Source: an uncultured archaeon
GTDB lineage: Archaea; Asgardarchaeota; Thorarchaeia; Thorarchaeales; Thorarchaeaceae
Assembly: GCA_964354495.1 (NCBI GenBank)
Contig: CAYHAA010000001.1
Span: 1-32,000, forward strand
Reading direction: 5' to 3'
DNA: 32,000 nucleotides
A model generated the notes under the pieces. The model was not told where the DNA came from, made no database searches, and was given only the letters and a program-made list of their open reading frames with translations. The translations under genes were made by a program, and so were the position numbers. How positions within the stretch are numbered: the first letter of the stretch is position 1; each line of letters begins with the position of its first letter. This document shows positions 8,495 to 18,883 of this stretch, one piece after another.

Positions 8495-8627
8495 GGCATC
8501 TCTGAGAGGTGTTGATAGTGCATATGGGCGTTTCGTTCGGAATTGCTTATTGACGACTGTCATCGAAGTGCTCAAAGCAGTTTCCTTAAAACGGAGTGCA
8601 ATTCATCGAGAGGCCAGTGAATCACCC

Positions 8628-9404
8628 ATGGCCGTCGAAAAGCAAGCAGCTGTAGAATGCATAGATGTTCGCAAGGAATTTCAAGACGGCTCGCGCGTCA
8701 TTAGAGTCCTTCAGGGCACCAACCTCAGTGTGAACCGTGGAGAGTTTGTCGCGATTGTAGGTGCGAGTGGCTCTGGGAAGACAACACTCCTGAACTTGAT
8801 TGGTGGTCTTGATACCCCTACTTCTGGAACAATTATGGTCGACGGACTCGACATCACCAAGCTCGATGACGATGCCATGTCAGAAGTACGACGGCACAAG
8901 ATTGGTGTTCTCTTTCAAGACCAGCATCTGCTACCGATATTCACAGCACTTGAGAATGTTGAGGTTCCAATGCTTCTTGATGATGTTCCCGCTGAAGAAC
9001 GCAGACAGAGGGCCATGAAACTTCTGGAGTCAGTCCTAGTCAGTCATCGTTTCCAACATATGCCCCATGAGTTGTCGGGTGGTATGCGTTCTCGGGTAGC
9101 TCTGGCAAGGGCCCTGGCTAATGATCCTGCCGTCCTACTCTGTGATGAACCTACAGGCGACCTTGACCACAAGACTGGCGGTGAGATCATTCAACTCATG
9201 AGAGACCTAGCAAAGAATCAGAATCGTGCAGTCATCGCTGCAACCCACGATCCTGAGACCGCTCGTATGGCAGATAGAATCCTTCTCCTACGTGACGGTG
9301 TTCTTGTAGACGAGCTTGTTGGTGACTTCTTCAAGACCAGTGGAGTCGATGTGGCAACGAAGAAGGAGTATAGGAGATCAGACACCAGAGAAAGGATTTC
9401 ATAG
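8628..9404 (+). CDS. ABC transporter ATP-binding subunit, LolD/MacB family
   Basis: GASGSGKTT, FQ Q-loop, LSGGM signature, LLCDEPTG, ATHD. Start moved to ATG 8628 (MAVEKQAAVEC). Confidence 0.93.
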   Translation: MAVEKQAAVECIDVRKEFQDGSRVIRVLQGTNLSVNRGEFVAIVGASGSGKTTLLNLIGGLDTPTSGTIMVDGLDITKLDDDAMSEVRRHKIGVLFQDQHLLPIFTALENVEVPMLLDDVPAEERRQRAMKLLESVLVSHRFQHMPHELSGGMRSRVALARALANDPAVLLCDEPTGDLDHKTGGEIIQLMRDLAKNQNRAVIAATHDPETARMADRILLLRDGVLVDELVGDFFKTSGVDVATKKEYRRSDTRERIS

Positions 9405-9406
9405 GA

Positions 9407-12307
9407 GTGATACTATTGGTTGCAGCAAGAAGAACAGCAGGACTGAAGTCCAAGGGAAACAACAGGTACGGGCTGTCCTACGCGCTCAGTACGATTCGTG
9501 CGAATCCCTTCCGGGCAATCAGTCTGGCACTGACACTCAGTCTAGGTATCAGCCTCTTCGCCTCAACGATGGTGTGGGGAGACACGGGGGTATACGTGAG
9601 CATCTATGAATATCTTGAGACACACTCATACCAGCTTGATGTGACTGCGGAGGCCGGTTATCCTGAGGATCTTGCATTGGCACAGTCCTATTTGCTGCAA
9701 GACCCCTTTGTTGAGAGCACTTTCAATCTGACCTCTACGGTTGGCCTGGTCTGGGGGACAGAGCTTCCGAATACAACTCTCTATGATTTTGATGGCTCGA
9801 TCTATACGCAGGGGCTAAAGGACACCAGAGTGGTCTTTGTGGACAACGATTTTCTCGCCCAGACTGCCAATGAGTTCCTGTATCAGGGCTCATCTGAGCT
9901 ACAGGCCGGTGAGATACTTGTCTCATCCCAGTTCCTCGTCTATGTTCGTCAGGTGTTCGATGTCACTCTCCAACTCGGAGATGAGATTAATATCGAACTC
10001 CTCACAGGAGCGGGTTCACTCCTACCCGTGCAAATTGGAGCTCTCGGCAGAGTCAGCCTAGCATCAATGACAATCGTGGGCATCTTCGACCCAGCTACAG
10101 GCAACTCCATGCTTGAGCAGGCAATGCCATCGCTGTACCGAGCGAACTGGGCCATCACCAACATACGATACCCTGTTCTGGGCATTCGAGATAGTGTCTT
10201 TGTTCTGAAGGACTCTATTGCACCCGACACGCTCTCAGAGAACGGATTCTTTAAGCCATCGACTCTTCTACGTGTGTCTGCATCAGCCCTAGCGGCTGCT
10301 GGTCCTGAGAATGTGGCAACCAATCTGTTTGCCATGATATACCGCACTGATGAGAGATTCAATATTGGCTGGCTCGGCTCAGACAAGATCAACGAGATGC
10401 AGAGTTCTATCAATACCTATGTATCCACACTCTCTCTCTCCATCCTTGCGCTCCCCGTCATACTTCTTGCTCTATTCTTCTCGGTCTTTGCTGCTGACAC
10501 CTTCATGGCACCAAGAACTGTAGAGGTTGGAATCATCCGCTCAAAGGGTGCCAGTTATTCTCAGGTGTCTTCGATATTCCTCTGGGAGACCCTACTCATC
10601 TCATCCATTGCTATCATTTTGGGTGTGTTGTTCAGTGTCCTGTTTGCTCCGCTAATCCCTGCCTCTATCGATTTCATGATCTTCGATTGGAGTGTCTATA
10701 CTTACTACCTCTCCAATACTGTGCTCACATCTGGAACGATTCTGACAGCAATCGGTCTGACTGTTCTGCCAAGCATGTTATTCATTCTCTATCGTGCTCG
10801 AAGAGCTGCTCAGGCAGAGATTGGGCTCACGCTCATGGAGGTAACAACGGATCCCACTGAACAGACTGAGTCTCATGGATTCACAATTGGAGCATCCATT
10901 GTTCTTCTGATACTCGTCGTCGTGATGATGTTTATCCTGCCCAAGAGTCCTGTCTTCTTCATGCTGGAACTTGCTCTTGGGACTGCAGCTTGGTTCTTCA
11001 TAGCATTCAATGGCTCCAGAATCTCAAGAGTTGGGCTCGCTAGGGTCTACGAGAAACTATCCTTCTTGCTGGGACAGAAGAACCTCATCTCAGCAGGTTA
11101 TCTAAGGATGAGAAAGGGTCGAATTATTCCACTTATGGTTGTCCTCGCTCTCACAATGTCTACGACAATCGCATTTGCAGTTCAATCAGAGAGCCTTCGA
11201 GTGGATCTCGGCAGAGAGGTTGAATATGCTCTCGGTGCTGACCTGCGCATAGAATGTACAATCAGGGAGTTCGACTTCAACGGCACACTTGGCAATTACA
11301 CCGGAGTAGAGAGTGCAATGCCTGTCCTAAGAACTTGGGCACGATTGGGACCTGAGACACTGACAATCGAGGCTCTACGTCCGGAACAATACGCTCTGAT
11401 AGGCAATTTTGACGAATCAAGTTTCTATGGTGAGAATCCATCGGATGTTCTCTCAGCGTTGGCCGCAGTAGCCAATGGTATCATCATCAGTGAGCATCAT
11501 GCAACGATGTGGAACAAGACCGCAGGAAACACCCTGAATCTAGAGATGAGTGGCGTTGGCGCAACGCAGATTGTCGAGTTCATTGTAGTCGGAATAGTCT
11601 ACAGCGCACCTGGATTTGGATATGCATCAATCACAGACATACCCTACTCCACTCTTGGAGCTGGATTCGGTTATCAGGCACAGTATGCAGGGTTTGCCAT
11701 AGCCAATCTGGGGTATATCGAGAGTGAGATTGACAGTCATACAACAGACCTGTTTCTTGCAGCTCTTCAGGATGGTGTCAATCGTACCCTTCTGACTACT
11801 GAGCTGCGGCTGCTTCCGGGAGTCTATCCGAACACTCCTCAAGAGTTTGACCTCAAGAGTCGGTCTCTCTACACTGCTCTATTTCTGAACACAGTGGAAG
11901 GTCTCTTTTCAATCGGATTCATAATGTCCCTCATCCTCAGCATGTTCGCATTATCAATCTCTCTAGGTTCCGTGGTGAGAGAACGCAGGAAAGAATATGC
12001 TGTAATCCGAGCCATTGGAGGTTCACGGAGGCAAGTAGTAGCGATGGTCTTCTCTGAGTTCACAGGCGTTGTCATTGCCTCTCTTGTACTCAGCCTGCTT
12101 CTTGGGGTGGTCTTCGCCTATATCATGGGAATCCTGCTAAATAACATGAGCCCGTTCTCAAGGACCCTTGCCACCACTGTCTCGTTTCCGCTACAGTTCC
12201 TATCGATTGTGCTGTTCTTAGAGATCATGACCATGGTGATTGGAGCCTTTCTACCAGCTCGAGAAGCATCCAGAACTGAGCCAGCTGTTGTACTTCGAAA
12301 TATGTGA
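9407..12307 (+). CDS. ABC transporter permease, FtsX/MacB family (two TM modules with large extracellular domains)
   Basis: N-terminal TM, RTVEVGIIRSKGAS and ERRKEYAVIRAIGGSRRQV FtsX motifs, EYALGADLRI, C-terminal PAREASRTEPAVVLR. Confidence 0.9.
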   Translation: MILLVAARRTAGLKSKGNNRYGLSYALSTIRANPFRAISLALTLSLGISLFASTMVWGDTGVYVSIYEYLETHSYQLDVTAEAGYPEDLALAQSYLLQDPFVESTFNLTSTVGLVWGTELPNTTLYDFDGSIYTQGLKDTRVVFVDNDFLAQTANEFLYQGSSELQAGEILVSSQFLVYVRQVFDVTLQLGDEINIELLTGAGSLLPVQIGALGRVSLASMTIVGIFDPATGNSMLEQAMPSLYRANWAITNIRYPVLGIRDSVFVLKDSIAPDTLSENGFFKPSTLLRVSASALAAAGPENVATNLFAMIYRTDERFNIGWLGSDKINEMQSSINTYVSTLSLSILALPVILLALFFSVFAADTFMAPRTVEVGIIRSKGASYSQVSSIFLWETLLISSIAIILGVLFSVLFAPLIPASIDFMIFDWSVYTYYLSNTVLTSGTILTAIGLTVLPSMLFILYRARRAAQAEIGLTLMEVTTDPTEQTESHGFTIGASIVLLILVVVMMFILPKSPVFFMLELALGTAAWFFIAFNGSRISRVGLARVYEKLSFLLGQKNLISAGYLRMRKGRIIPLMVVLALTMSTTIAFAVQSESLRVDLGREVEYALGADLRIECTIREFDFNGTLGNYTGVESAMPVLRTWARLGPETLTIEALRPEQYALIGNFDESSFYGENPSDVLSALAAVANGIIISEHHATMWNKTAGNTLNLEMSGVGATQIVEFIVVGIVYSAPGFGYASITDIPYSTLGAGFGYQAQYAGFAIANLGYIESEIDSHTTDLFLAALQDGVNRTLLTTELRLLPGVYPNTPQEFDLKSRSLYTALFLNTVEGLFSIGFIMSLILSMFALSISLGSVVRERRKEYAVIRAIGGSRRQVVAMVFSEFTGVVIASLVLSLLLGVVFAYIMGILLNNMSPFSRTLATTVSFPLQFLSIVLFLEIMTMVIGAFLPAREASRTEPAVVLRNM

Positions 12308-12316
12308 GGTGAAAAG

Positions 12317-15232
12317 ATGACCACGAAGAACGACACCACAAGACTGCTGCGAGGTAATCGTCTGTGGTCAATCGGTTATGCTCTCACCTCTCTGAAGAAT
12401 AATAAGATGCGGAACATGGGCATTGCGCTCGTCCTCGCGATTAGTATTGCACTTCCGACCACTGTCTTCACATGGACCAATACTGGTACAAGACTCGCTA
12501 TCTGGGACTACTTCGATAATAATGCTTACCAATTCAGTGTACAGAACGCACCAGGGAATCCAGCCTATACTCGACTCTTTGATGCCCAAGAGTTGATACT
12601 GAGCAGTCCGTTTGCCGAGTACGCCCATATCACTCCGAGTACCGTTGGTATTCTCAGGGCGGATGGGATTACCCCTGACTGGGAGGCGTACTATACAACA
12701 GATACTAACTATGCACAGGGTATCAAAGACGGAAGAGTCATTCTTGTGACGCCGGACGTTCTTGAGGTATGGTCCACGGAGCTTGCCTGGGAAGGTAATT
12801 TCACCCTTAGCCCCGGAGAGATACTGGTCTCTCGCAGATTTATGGAGACCGCTCGGGATGTCACTGATGGTGCCGTCGATATCGAGATTGGATCTGAGAT
12901 TGCTATTGATGTTCTTCGTACCGCTTACGAGCCAACACAGGGCCGCCCATTCGACCCTCTGCTTCTGAATCGTCAGATAGTGCGAAATCTGACAATCGTT
13001 GGAGTCTATGAGGTCGTCCAATCTTCGATAGTGGGCGCTTCATTCCCTGATGTGTATCGCAGGAACTGGGATCCCCTAGGTGTACTGGAGGGCGTCTTGG
13101 GAATCAGTGATTCGATTCTCATGTTGGCTGACGAGATTGGTGATGAATCGGTTGAGATGATCACTTACTATGGCTACTTCTCACCGGTAGGTTTTGTGAG
13201 GGGATCTGCAGATGGTCTCATTGCCGCTGGACCAACCGAGGCAGCCATCAACATGATGGCTCTGAAGACATCAGTAGAAGAGAGTGATGACACTCTCTCC
13301 GTTGTGGGTCTGGATAACATTGAGAATCTTCAGACGCACATCAACATATATGTAGCAAGTCAGATCCTCATTCTCCTTGCTCTACCGATCATGGTCATGA
13401 GCCTAGTGCTGACCATCTTCACATCAGAGACATCGGTCTCACAGAGGAAAGGGGAGATCAGTGCCCTTCGGTCAAAGGGTGCCTCCTTCAACCAGATCTT
13501 CAGTGCATTCATCTGGGAGTCTTTGATTCTTGCTACCACAGGTTTTCTCATCGGGTTAGGGCTCACATTTCTGATGTCACCCCTGATGGGCTCGTCAACT
13601 GGGCTTCTCTCTTTTGATGTGTCCGTTTACAATCTGTTCCTGAATGAACTAGCAATCCCACCACACGCCTTGATTCTGGCAGCAATCATTGCTCTGTTCC
13701 TTCCTGCAACATATCTGTTTCATGTCTCAAGACGAGTTGATGTGACTGAGATTGGTCAACCCACTACTCGACTGACCTATGAGATTCCTGAAACAGTTCA
13801 CTTCTCATACTATGCTGTTGGACTGGGTGTGGTGCTCGTCATACTCCTTGTGATGCCGATTCTGATCAATCCGACAGGTCAGACTGCCATCTTTGAGGTC
13901 CTGATATCCACGCTACTCCTGTTTGCAGCAGCATACTTGGGTTCGAGGGCGATGAGACTGGTCACAGCAGATGCATCAGAGAGAGTGACTCGAATCATGG
14001 GTGAGAAGAGGCTCTATCTCACTCAGAGCCTCCGCAGACGCAAGGGGCAGTTCATCCCGCTCCTTGTGATACTGACCCTGACCCTGACAACAACCACGAT
14101 GATGCTGATTCAGACTGCAAGCTTCGAAGACACGCTCGCGAACGAGGCAGAGTATGCACTAGGCTCAACGTTGAGAATCGAGACATCCCATCACTCTCTC
14201 TATTGGCTTAGTGGTCTTCCTGGATACTCAGAGGCCGATGGTGGGACACCTGTGATTGAGGCTCTATCTCATGTTGGTGACGAAGGGTTCTATCTCGAAG
14301 GCATTGATGCGCGATACTACAGGGACATCGCGAATTTCAAGCCCACGAGTTTCGTTGGGAGCAGTCCTGAAGTCATTCTTACTGCCCTTGACAACACACA
14401 CAATGGCATCATCATAAGTGAGTATTATGCGACAGCCTGGAATCTCACGGCAGGCGCCACTCTGTCAATCGATGTGACAACAATCACGAGTCACGAAATT
14501 GTCGACTTTCAAGTGGTAGGAATGATGATTAGTGCTCCTGGATTCGGAATGGCATCAACTAGGGATCTTGAAGGCATGCCCTTTGGGGCATTCTTTGGGT
14601 TCCAGCCTGGCCTTGGTGGATTTGCCTTGGTCAATCTTCAAGATCTTGCCCATGAGATCGGTGCAACGACTGCTGAGACCTTCCTCGTGGGAGCGGCCTC
14701 ACTCGATGATGTGGCAGAATTGACTGCATACCTTGAGACCATGACGTACACCACGGTCTACATAGCAGGAACGATTGAGTTTGGTCCTGACTCTGTCACA
14801 GGGCTCTTCGTGGCTGGTCTGGAAGGACTGACAATGATCAGCTTCATCATGTGCGCTGCTATGGGCATCTCATCAATAGCACTGTTCTTGGGTTCTGCCG
14901 TGCTAGAGCGCGAGCCTGAGTATGCTCTCTTTCGTGCTATTGGTGGTACAAAACGCCAGATCATCAGCCTTGTGTTCAGCGAATTCGCAGGGAGTGTTCT
15001 TGCGGCAGTCCTGATTAGTCTTGGTCTGGGTGTCCTATTTGGTTACACGCAGACACTACTCACCTTTGGGATATCTTCAGTATGGCCTATTCTTCCAAAG
15101 GCGTTAACATATCCACTCACTGTAATGCTATTCACAATTGCATTGGAGTGCATAGTGATGATAGCGGCGTGCTATTACCCAGCTCGCAGAGCAGCGAACA
15201 CAAATCCTGCAGAAGTATTGAGAAATATGTGA
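12317..15232 (+). CDS. ABC transporter permease, FtsX/MacB family (paralogue of the upstream permease)
   Basis: QRKGEISALRSKGAS, EREPEYALFRAIGGTKRQI, EYALGSTLRI, C-terminal PARRAANTNPAEVLRNM. Confidence 0.9.
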   Translation: MTTKNDTTRLLRGNRLWSIGYALTSLKNNKMRNMGIALVLAISIALPTTVFTWTNTGTRLAIWDYFDNNAYQFSVQNAPGNPAYTRLFDAQELILSSPFAEYAHITPSTVGILRADGITPDWEAYYTTDTNYAQGIKDGRVILVTPDVLEVWSTELAWEGNFTLSPGEILVSRRFMETARDVTDGAVDIEIGSEIAIDVLRTAYEPTQGRPFDPLLLNRQIVRNLTIVGVYEVVQSSIVGASFPDVYRRNWDPLGVLEGVLGISDSILMLADEIGDESVEMITYYGYFSPVGFVRGSADGLIAAGPTEAAINMMALKTSVEESDDTLSVVGLDNIENLQTHINIYVASQILILLALPIMVMSLVLTIFTSETSVSQRKGEISALRSKGASFNQIFSAFIWESLILATTGFLIGLGLTFLMSPLMGSSTGLLSFDVSVYNLFLNELAIPPHALILAAIIALFLPATYLFHVSRRVDVTEIGQPTTRLTYEIPETVHFSYYAVGLGVVLVILLVMPILINPTGQTAIFEVLISTLLLFAAAYLGSRAMRLVTADASERVTRIMGEKRLYLTQSLRRRKGQFIPLLVILTLTLTTTTMMLIQTASFEDTLANEAEYALGSTLRIETSHHSLYWLSGLPGYSEADGGTPVIEALSHVGDEGFYLEGIDARYYRDIANFKPTSFVGSSPEVILTALDNTHNGIIISEYYATAWNLTAGATLSIDVTTITSHEIVDFQVVGMMISAPGFGMASTRDLEGMPFGAFFGFQPGLGGFALVNLQDLAHEIGATTAETFLVGAASLDDVAELTAYLETMTYTTVYIAGTIEFGPDSVTGLFVAGLEGLTMISFIMCAAMGISSIALFLGSAVLEREPEYALFRAIGGTKRQIISLVFSEFAGSVLAAVLISLGLGVLFGYTQTLLTFGISSVWPILPKALTYPLTVMLFTIALECIVMIAACYYPARRAANTNPAEVLRNM

Positions 15233-15242
15233 GGTAGCTAAA

Positions 15243-16271
15243 ATGAATACAATTGAAACCGAGGAAGAACTGGACCTTTACAGTGACCTGCCTGACGATG
15301 TTGTAGTCAGTGTGAACGAGTGCTACAAGATCTATAAGGCTGAGGAGTTAGAGGTCGTTGCCCTCAGTGGTGTATCGTTGCAGATTCTAGAGGGCAAAAT
15401 TATGGCTGTAGTCGGCCCCTCTGGATCAGGTAAGACAACCCTCATCAACGTCATTGGGGGAATCGCAAAGGCAACGGTCGGTCGTGTCTACTGGGCCAAT
15501 CTGAGGACCGACATCACCAAGCTCAGCGAGAGGGTCTTGACAGAGGCTCGACGCAACTTCATCGGATTCCATTTCCAGCTGAACAACCTACTACCTCATC
15601 TCAACGCATGGCAGAATGTGGAGCTCGCAGCAAGGATTGCTGGAGTACCTCGTGCTATTCGAAAGGAGCGTGTAGACAGACTCATCAAGATGGTGGGGCT
15701 CGAGGAAAGAAAGCGTAACAAGGCAACAACTCTCAGCGGCGGTGAAAAGTCACGCGTAGCCATTGCGAGTGCACTCGTCAATCTGCTTGATACTGAAGGG
15801 AAAGGACTTGTCCTCTGTGATGAACCCACTGGCGATCTGGATCCGGAAACCGGCGAGAGGATTCTGGACCTCTTTCAGGAGTTGAACGAGACCATTGGAA
15901 CATCCTTTTTCATTGTGACTCACAGTCAGCAGGTTGCATCAAAGGCAGATGTGACGGTCGAGCTTCGCGATGGTGTCATCTCTGGGTTCCATCAGGCTGG
16001 CATTGACCTTGACATGCTTGACACAACTAGGATCGTACGCCTGGATGACAAGAGCCGATTGCCGATGCCGACTGATCTCTTGAGCCTTGCTGGCAGTCCG
16101 CGGGAGTTTAGGCTCTCGTACGTTGACAATAAGTTCGTGCTTGTGCCACAGTCTGCTGAGGTAGTAGACACAATGCGTGCGAAGAGAGCTAGGATCTGCA
16201 GGGTATGCGGAGCTGAGATTCCAGGTGGCAAGTTCATCTGCTCTAATTGTGGAAGCCAGGTTGTGGTCTAG
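15243..16271 (+). CDS. ABC transporter ATP-binding subunit with a C-terminal AbrB/SpoVT-like domain and zinc ribbon
   Basis: GPSGSGKTT, LSGGEK, VLCDEPTG, VTHS; then IVRLDDKSRLPMPTDLL (AbrB-like) and CRVCG...CSNCG. Confidence 0.88.
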   Translation: MNTIETEEELDLYSDLPDDVVVSVNECYKIYKAEELEVVALSGVSLQILEGKIMAVVGPSGSGKTTLINVIGGIAKATVGRVYWANLRTDITKLSERVLTEARRNFIGFHFQLNNLLPHLNAWQNVELAARIAGVPRAIRKERVDRLIKMVGLEERKRNKATTLSGGEKSRVAIASALVNLLDTEGKGLVLCDEPTGDLDPETGERILDLFQELNETIGTSFFIVTHSQQVASKADVTVELRDGVISGFHQAGIDLDMLDTTRIVRLDDKSRLPMPTDLLSLAGSPREFRLSYVDNKFVLVPQSAEVVDTMRAKRARICRVCGAEIPGGKFICSNCGSQVVV

Positions 16272-16282
16272 AACCTCATCTG

Positions 16283-16777
16283 TCAGAGACTCGATTCTGA
16301 CGAGTCTCTTCTCTTGAGGAGAGAAGCAACATCTTCTATGCATCTCCAGTTTCTCATGAGTCGTCTTATTTTGCGTCTCACGTTTTTCAGGATCTTCACG
16401 CCCGTTGGCTCGAGTTCCTTTTCGATATACTTGCAGATCTCTCTTCCCTCTAGGTCGAAATCTGTTAGAATGAGTACTTGCCCGGTTTTGCCAGCCTTTG
16501 CAGCGATTTGCTCTGCCACCCTGTATCTTGGAAATTTCGTCTGTGTCTTGATTATTGGTGCTTTTACATCCAGATTGCGAAGAACTGAAACATCCTTTTT
16601 TCCCTCTACGATGATGATGAGGTCTTCATAGCTAGAGTCTAGACCTTGGAGTGTTTCAAGAAGCATATTCTCAGCATCATTCAGCTTCCGTGTCTGTTTC
16701 TGCTTGATGGCCATGTTTCTATACTCAATACCTTTCTGACGCAATGAATCCAAATTATCCTCAGGCATTTGTTGCAC
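16283..16777 (-). CDS. Small Toprim-domain protein (RNase M5/primase-like, COG1658 type)
   Basis: IIIVEGKKD and ILTDFDLEG Toprim motifs. Confidence 0.82.
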   Translation of the reverse strand: MQQMPEDNLDSLRQKGIEYRNMAIKQKQTRKLNDAENMLLETLQGLDSSYEDLIIIVEGKKDVSVLRNLDVKAPIIKTQTKFPRYRVAEQIAAKAGKTGQVLILTDFDLEGREICKYIEKELEPTGVKILKNVRRKIRRLMRNWRCIEDVASLLKRRDSSESSL

Positions 16778-16787
16778 CAGATACTGA

Positions 16788-17837
16788 TTATGGCGAAATC
16801 GCGACCTTCATCGACTTTCCCTCGCCCATCATCTGCAAGGCCTCACTTGTCCTCTCCAGAGGCATCTCGTGCGAAATGAGCAAATCTGGCTTGATGTCGC
16901 CCGCGATGATGATTTGCAGTGCCTGCTCCACATGTCGTGGTTTGAGGTGGAATATACCTTTCAATGTGAGCTCCCCGTAATGAAACCTCGCAGTGTCGAC
17001 CTCGAACTTCGTACCTGATGCCGCTCCGCCGAACAGCACAGTGGTACCAGCATCACGGGTCATGCTCACTGCCTGTTCCCACAATTTGGGAATTCCCACC
17101 GCCTCAATGACAACATCTGCCCCTCTACCTGAGGTCTCCTGTTTCACCCGTTCCACAGGATCTTCCTTGGAGGGGTCTATGATGATATCTGCTCCTGCCT
17201 TTCTCGCTATCTCTCGCCTGAGGTCAACCAGGTCTGAGACAATGACCGTGGACGCGCCTCTCTTCTTGGCCAGCATTGCCATCATCACACCTATCGGTCC
17301 TGCTCCGATGACAACTGCAGTGTCCCCCGGTCTTATGTTCGATTCTTCGATACCGTGAACCACGCATGCCAGGGGCTCAGTGAGGGCAGCATCTCTGAAA
17401 GAGAGCGAGTCTGGTATCGGATGAGTGTTCCACCTGACTACTCCTTCAGGAACTCGGATATACTCAGCAAAGGCTCCATTGACAAGACTGTCCTTGAGTT
17501 TGGCGCACAGATTGGGCGCGTCCCTCTTGCAGAAGAAGCACTCACCACACGGGGCAGAGTTCGTGGCTACAACACGCATTCCCTGTTTGAACTTCTGCAC
17601 ACCCTTTCCGACCTCCTCTATGGTCCCCGCGTACTCATGTCCAAAGAGTGAAGGAATGTGCTTGAGCAGGATGGGGTGACCCCTCTTGTACGTCTTGACA
17701 TCAGTGCCACAGGTCAGGGCAGTTCCAATCTTGACTAAGAGCTCTCCTGGTCCTATCTTCGGAATATCGGTTTCCTCGTACCGCACATCGCCGATGCCAT
17801 AGTACATGGCTGCTTTCATTCTTCGAGGCATGAACAA
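16788..17837 (-). CDS. Zn-dependent alcohol/polyol dehydrogenase (MDR; iditol/threonine dehydrogenase-like)
   Basis: CGTD, GHE, CGECFFC...C structural Zn site, EPLAC, GAGPIG. The start may be MKAAMYYG at 17819. Confidence 0.92.
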   Translation of the reverse strand: MFMPRRMKAAMYYGIGDVRYEETDIPKIGPGELLVKIGTALTCGTDVKTYKRGHPILLKHIPSLFGHEYAGTIEEVGKGVQKFKQGMRVVATNSAPCGECFFCKRDAPNLCAKLKDSLVNGAFAEYIRVPEGVVRWNTHPIPDSLSFRDAALTEPLACVVHGIEESNIRPGDTAVVIGAGPIGVMMAMLAKKRGASTVIVSDLVDLRREIARKAGADIIIDPSKEDPVERVKQETSGRGADVVIEAVGIPKLWEQAVSMTRDAGTTVLFGGAASGTKFEVDTARFHYGELTLKGIFHLKPRHVEQALQIIIAGDIKPDLLISHEMPLERTSEALQMMGEGKSMKVAISP

Positions 17838-17937
17838 TCCCGATGCTAGGTCACAATCCCCGTTTAAATGACTTGCTGACGAGACCTACCGTAACCCTTA
17901 ACCCTAATTTCCTTGGTAGTAGGCAAGGGGCTCGAAT

Positions 17938-18390
17938 ATGCGATTGAAGTCAAAATACCCCAAGAAGATAGAGTATCACTCCATATCAGAGTGGGATGGT
18001 CAGACCGGCGGCACTGCAACAGTGAGTGCAGGGCGTAAGATTGTCTACGATACCCCGGAGACCTACGGTGGAAGAGGCGATGGCATCTGTCCGGATGAGT
18101 TGTTCATGTCCACAATTCTTGGATGCTTGAACAATACATTTCTTGACTTTCAGCGCCGCTTTGAGATGGGTCTCAAGTCATTTGTGCTTCGAGGGACTGC
18201 CACGTCGGTCTTCGACGGTACTGGCTATCGCATCACTGGTGTCACTGTTTCAGGCGAGGTCGTTGTTGGGGAAGATGAGCTTGAAACTGGGGAGCGGTGT
18301 ATCTCCCTCATGAAGGAGTATTGCCATCTCACTAGGTCCATCAAGGACTGTATACCATTTCAGTATGATATCTCGATTCGCGAGGGATAG
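17938..18390 (+). CDS. OsmC/Ohr family protein
   Basis: CPDELFMSTILGCL and EYCHLTRSI, matching the two conserved Cys motifs. Confidence 0.85.
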   Translation: MRLKSKYPKKIEYHSISEWDGQTGGTATVSAGRKIVYDTPETYGGRGDGICPDELFMSTILGCLNNTFLDFQRRFEMGLKSFVLRGTATSVFDGTGYRITGVTVSGEVVVGEDELETGERCISLMKEYCHLTRSIKDCIPFQYDISIREG

Positions 18391-18391
18391 C

Positions 18392-18883
18392 CTAGCTCTG
18401 TGAATCTCTCATGAGCTCTGATATCCTCTGCATGTATGCATCAATGTTGATCCATTGTCCGCCCCGAAAGAAGACACTCTTGCAGTATCTACAGTACCAG
18501 AACTCATCATAGTAGTCGTAGGTCTTCTCATGAACTAGGTCCTTGATCTGTACCTTCTCATCACCTATGATGTGAACAAGGTCGCCATTGCATTTTGTGC
18601 ATCTTGATGTAGCAGGATTCGCCGCGGCATTGATTCCGTATTTTGAGAAGACGCTAGCAACACCCTCATCCACAGACCCTCTCACAAGCATCGCCTCAAC
18701 CCCTGCCTCCTGTGCCTGACGGAAGAGAGTGGCGTCCGAAGTGAGCAAGACCCTATTCTGTTCGTGTGCTATGCGCACCATCTCTTCGTCGGGCATCACC
18801 GTGGAATAGAACGTATCATGACCCGTCAGACGAAGCCATGTTACGAGCTTTCCAAGCATGGCGTCTACGATGAATGTTGTCAA
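18392..18883 (-). CDS. Mut7-C RNase (PIN fold plus Zn ribbon)
   Basis: FIVDAMLGKLVTWLRLTGHD, RVLLTSD, RCTKCNG, FWYCRYCKSVFFRG. Confidence 0.9.
   Translation of the reverse strand: MTTFIVDAMLGKLVTWLRLTGHDTFYSTVMPDEEMVRIAHEQNRVLLTSDATLFRQAQEAGVEAMLVRGSVDEGVASVFSKYGINAAANPATSRCTKCNGDLVHIIGDEKVQIKDLVHEKTYDYYDEFWYCRYCKSVFFRGGQWINIDAYMQRISELMRDSQS

Noticed and set aside
8379-8627. N-terminal extension of the first ABC ATPase (341-aa track ORF) and of MobB (192 aa)
   Set aside because: The extensions overlap the opposite-strand gene and lack family similarity; the shorter starts fit better.
17889-17908. Telomere-like TAACCCTTAACCCTAA tract
   Set aside because: Only about 2.5 imperfect units in an AT-rich divergent promoter region; probably chance or promoter sequence.
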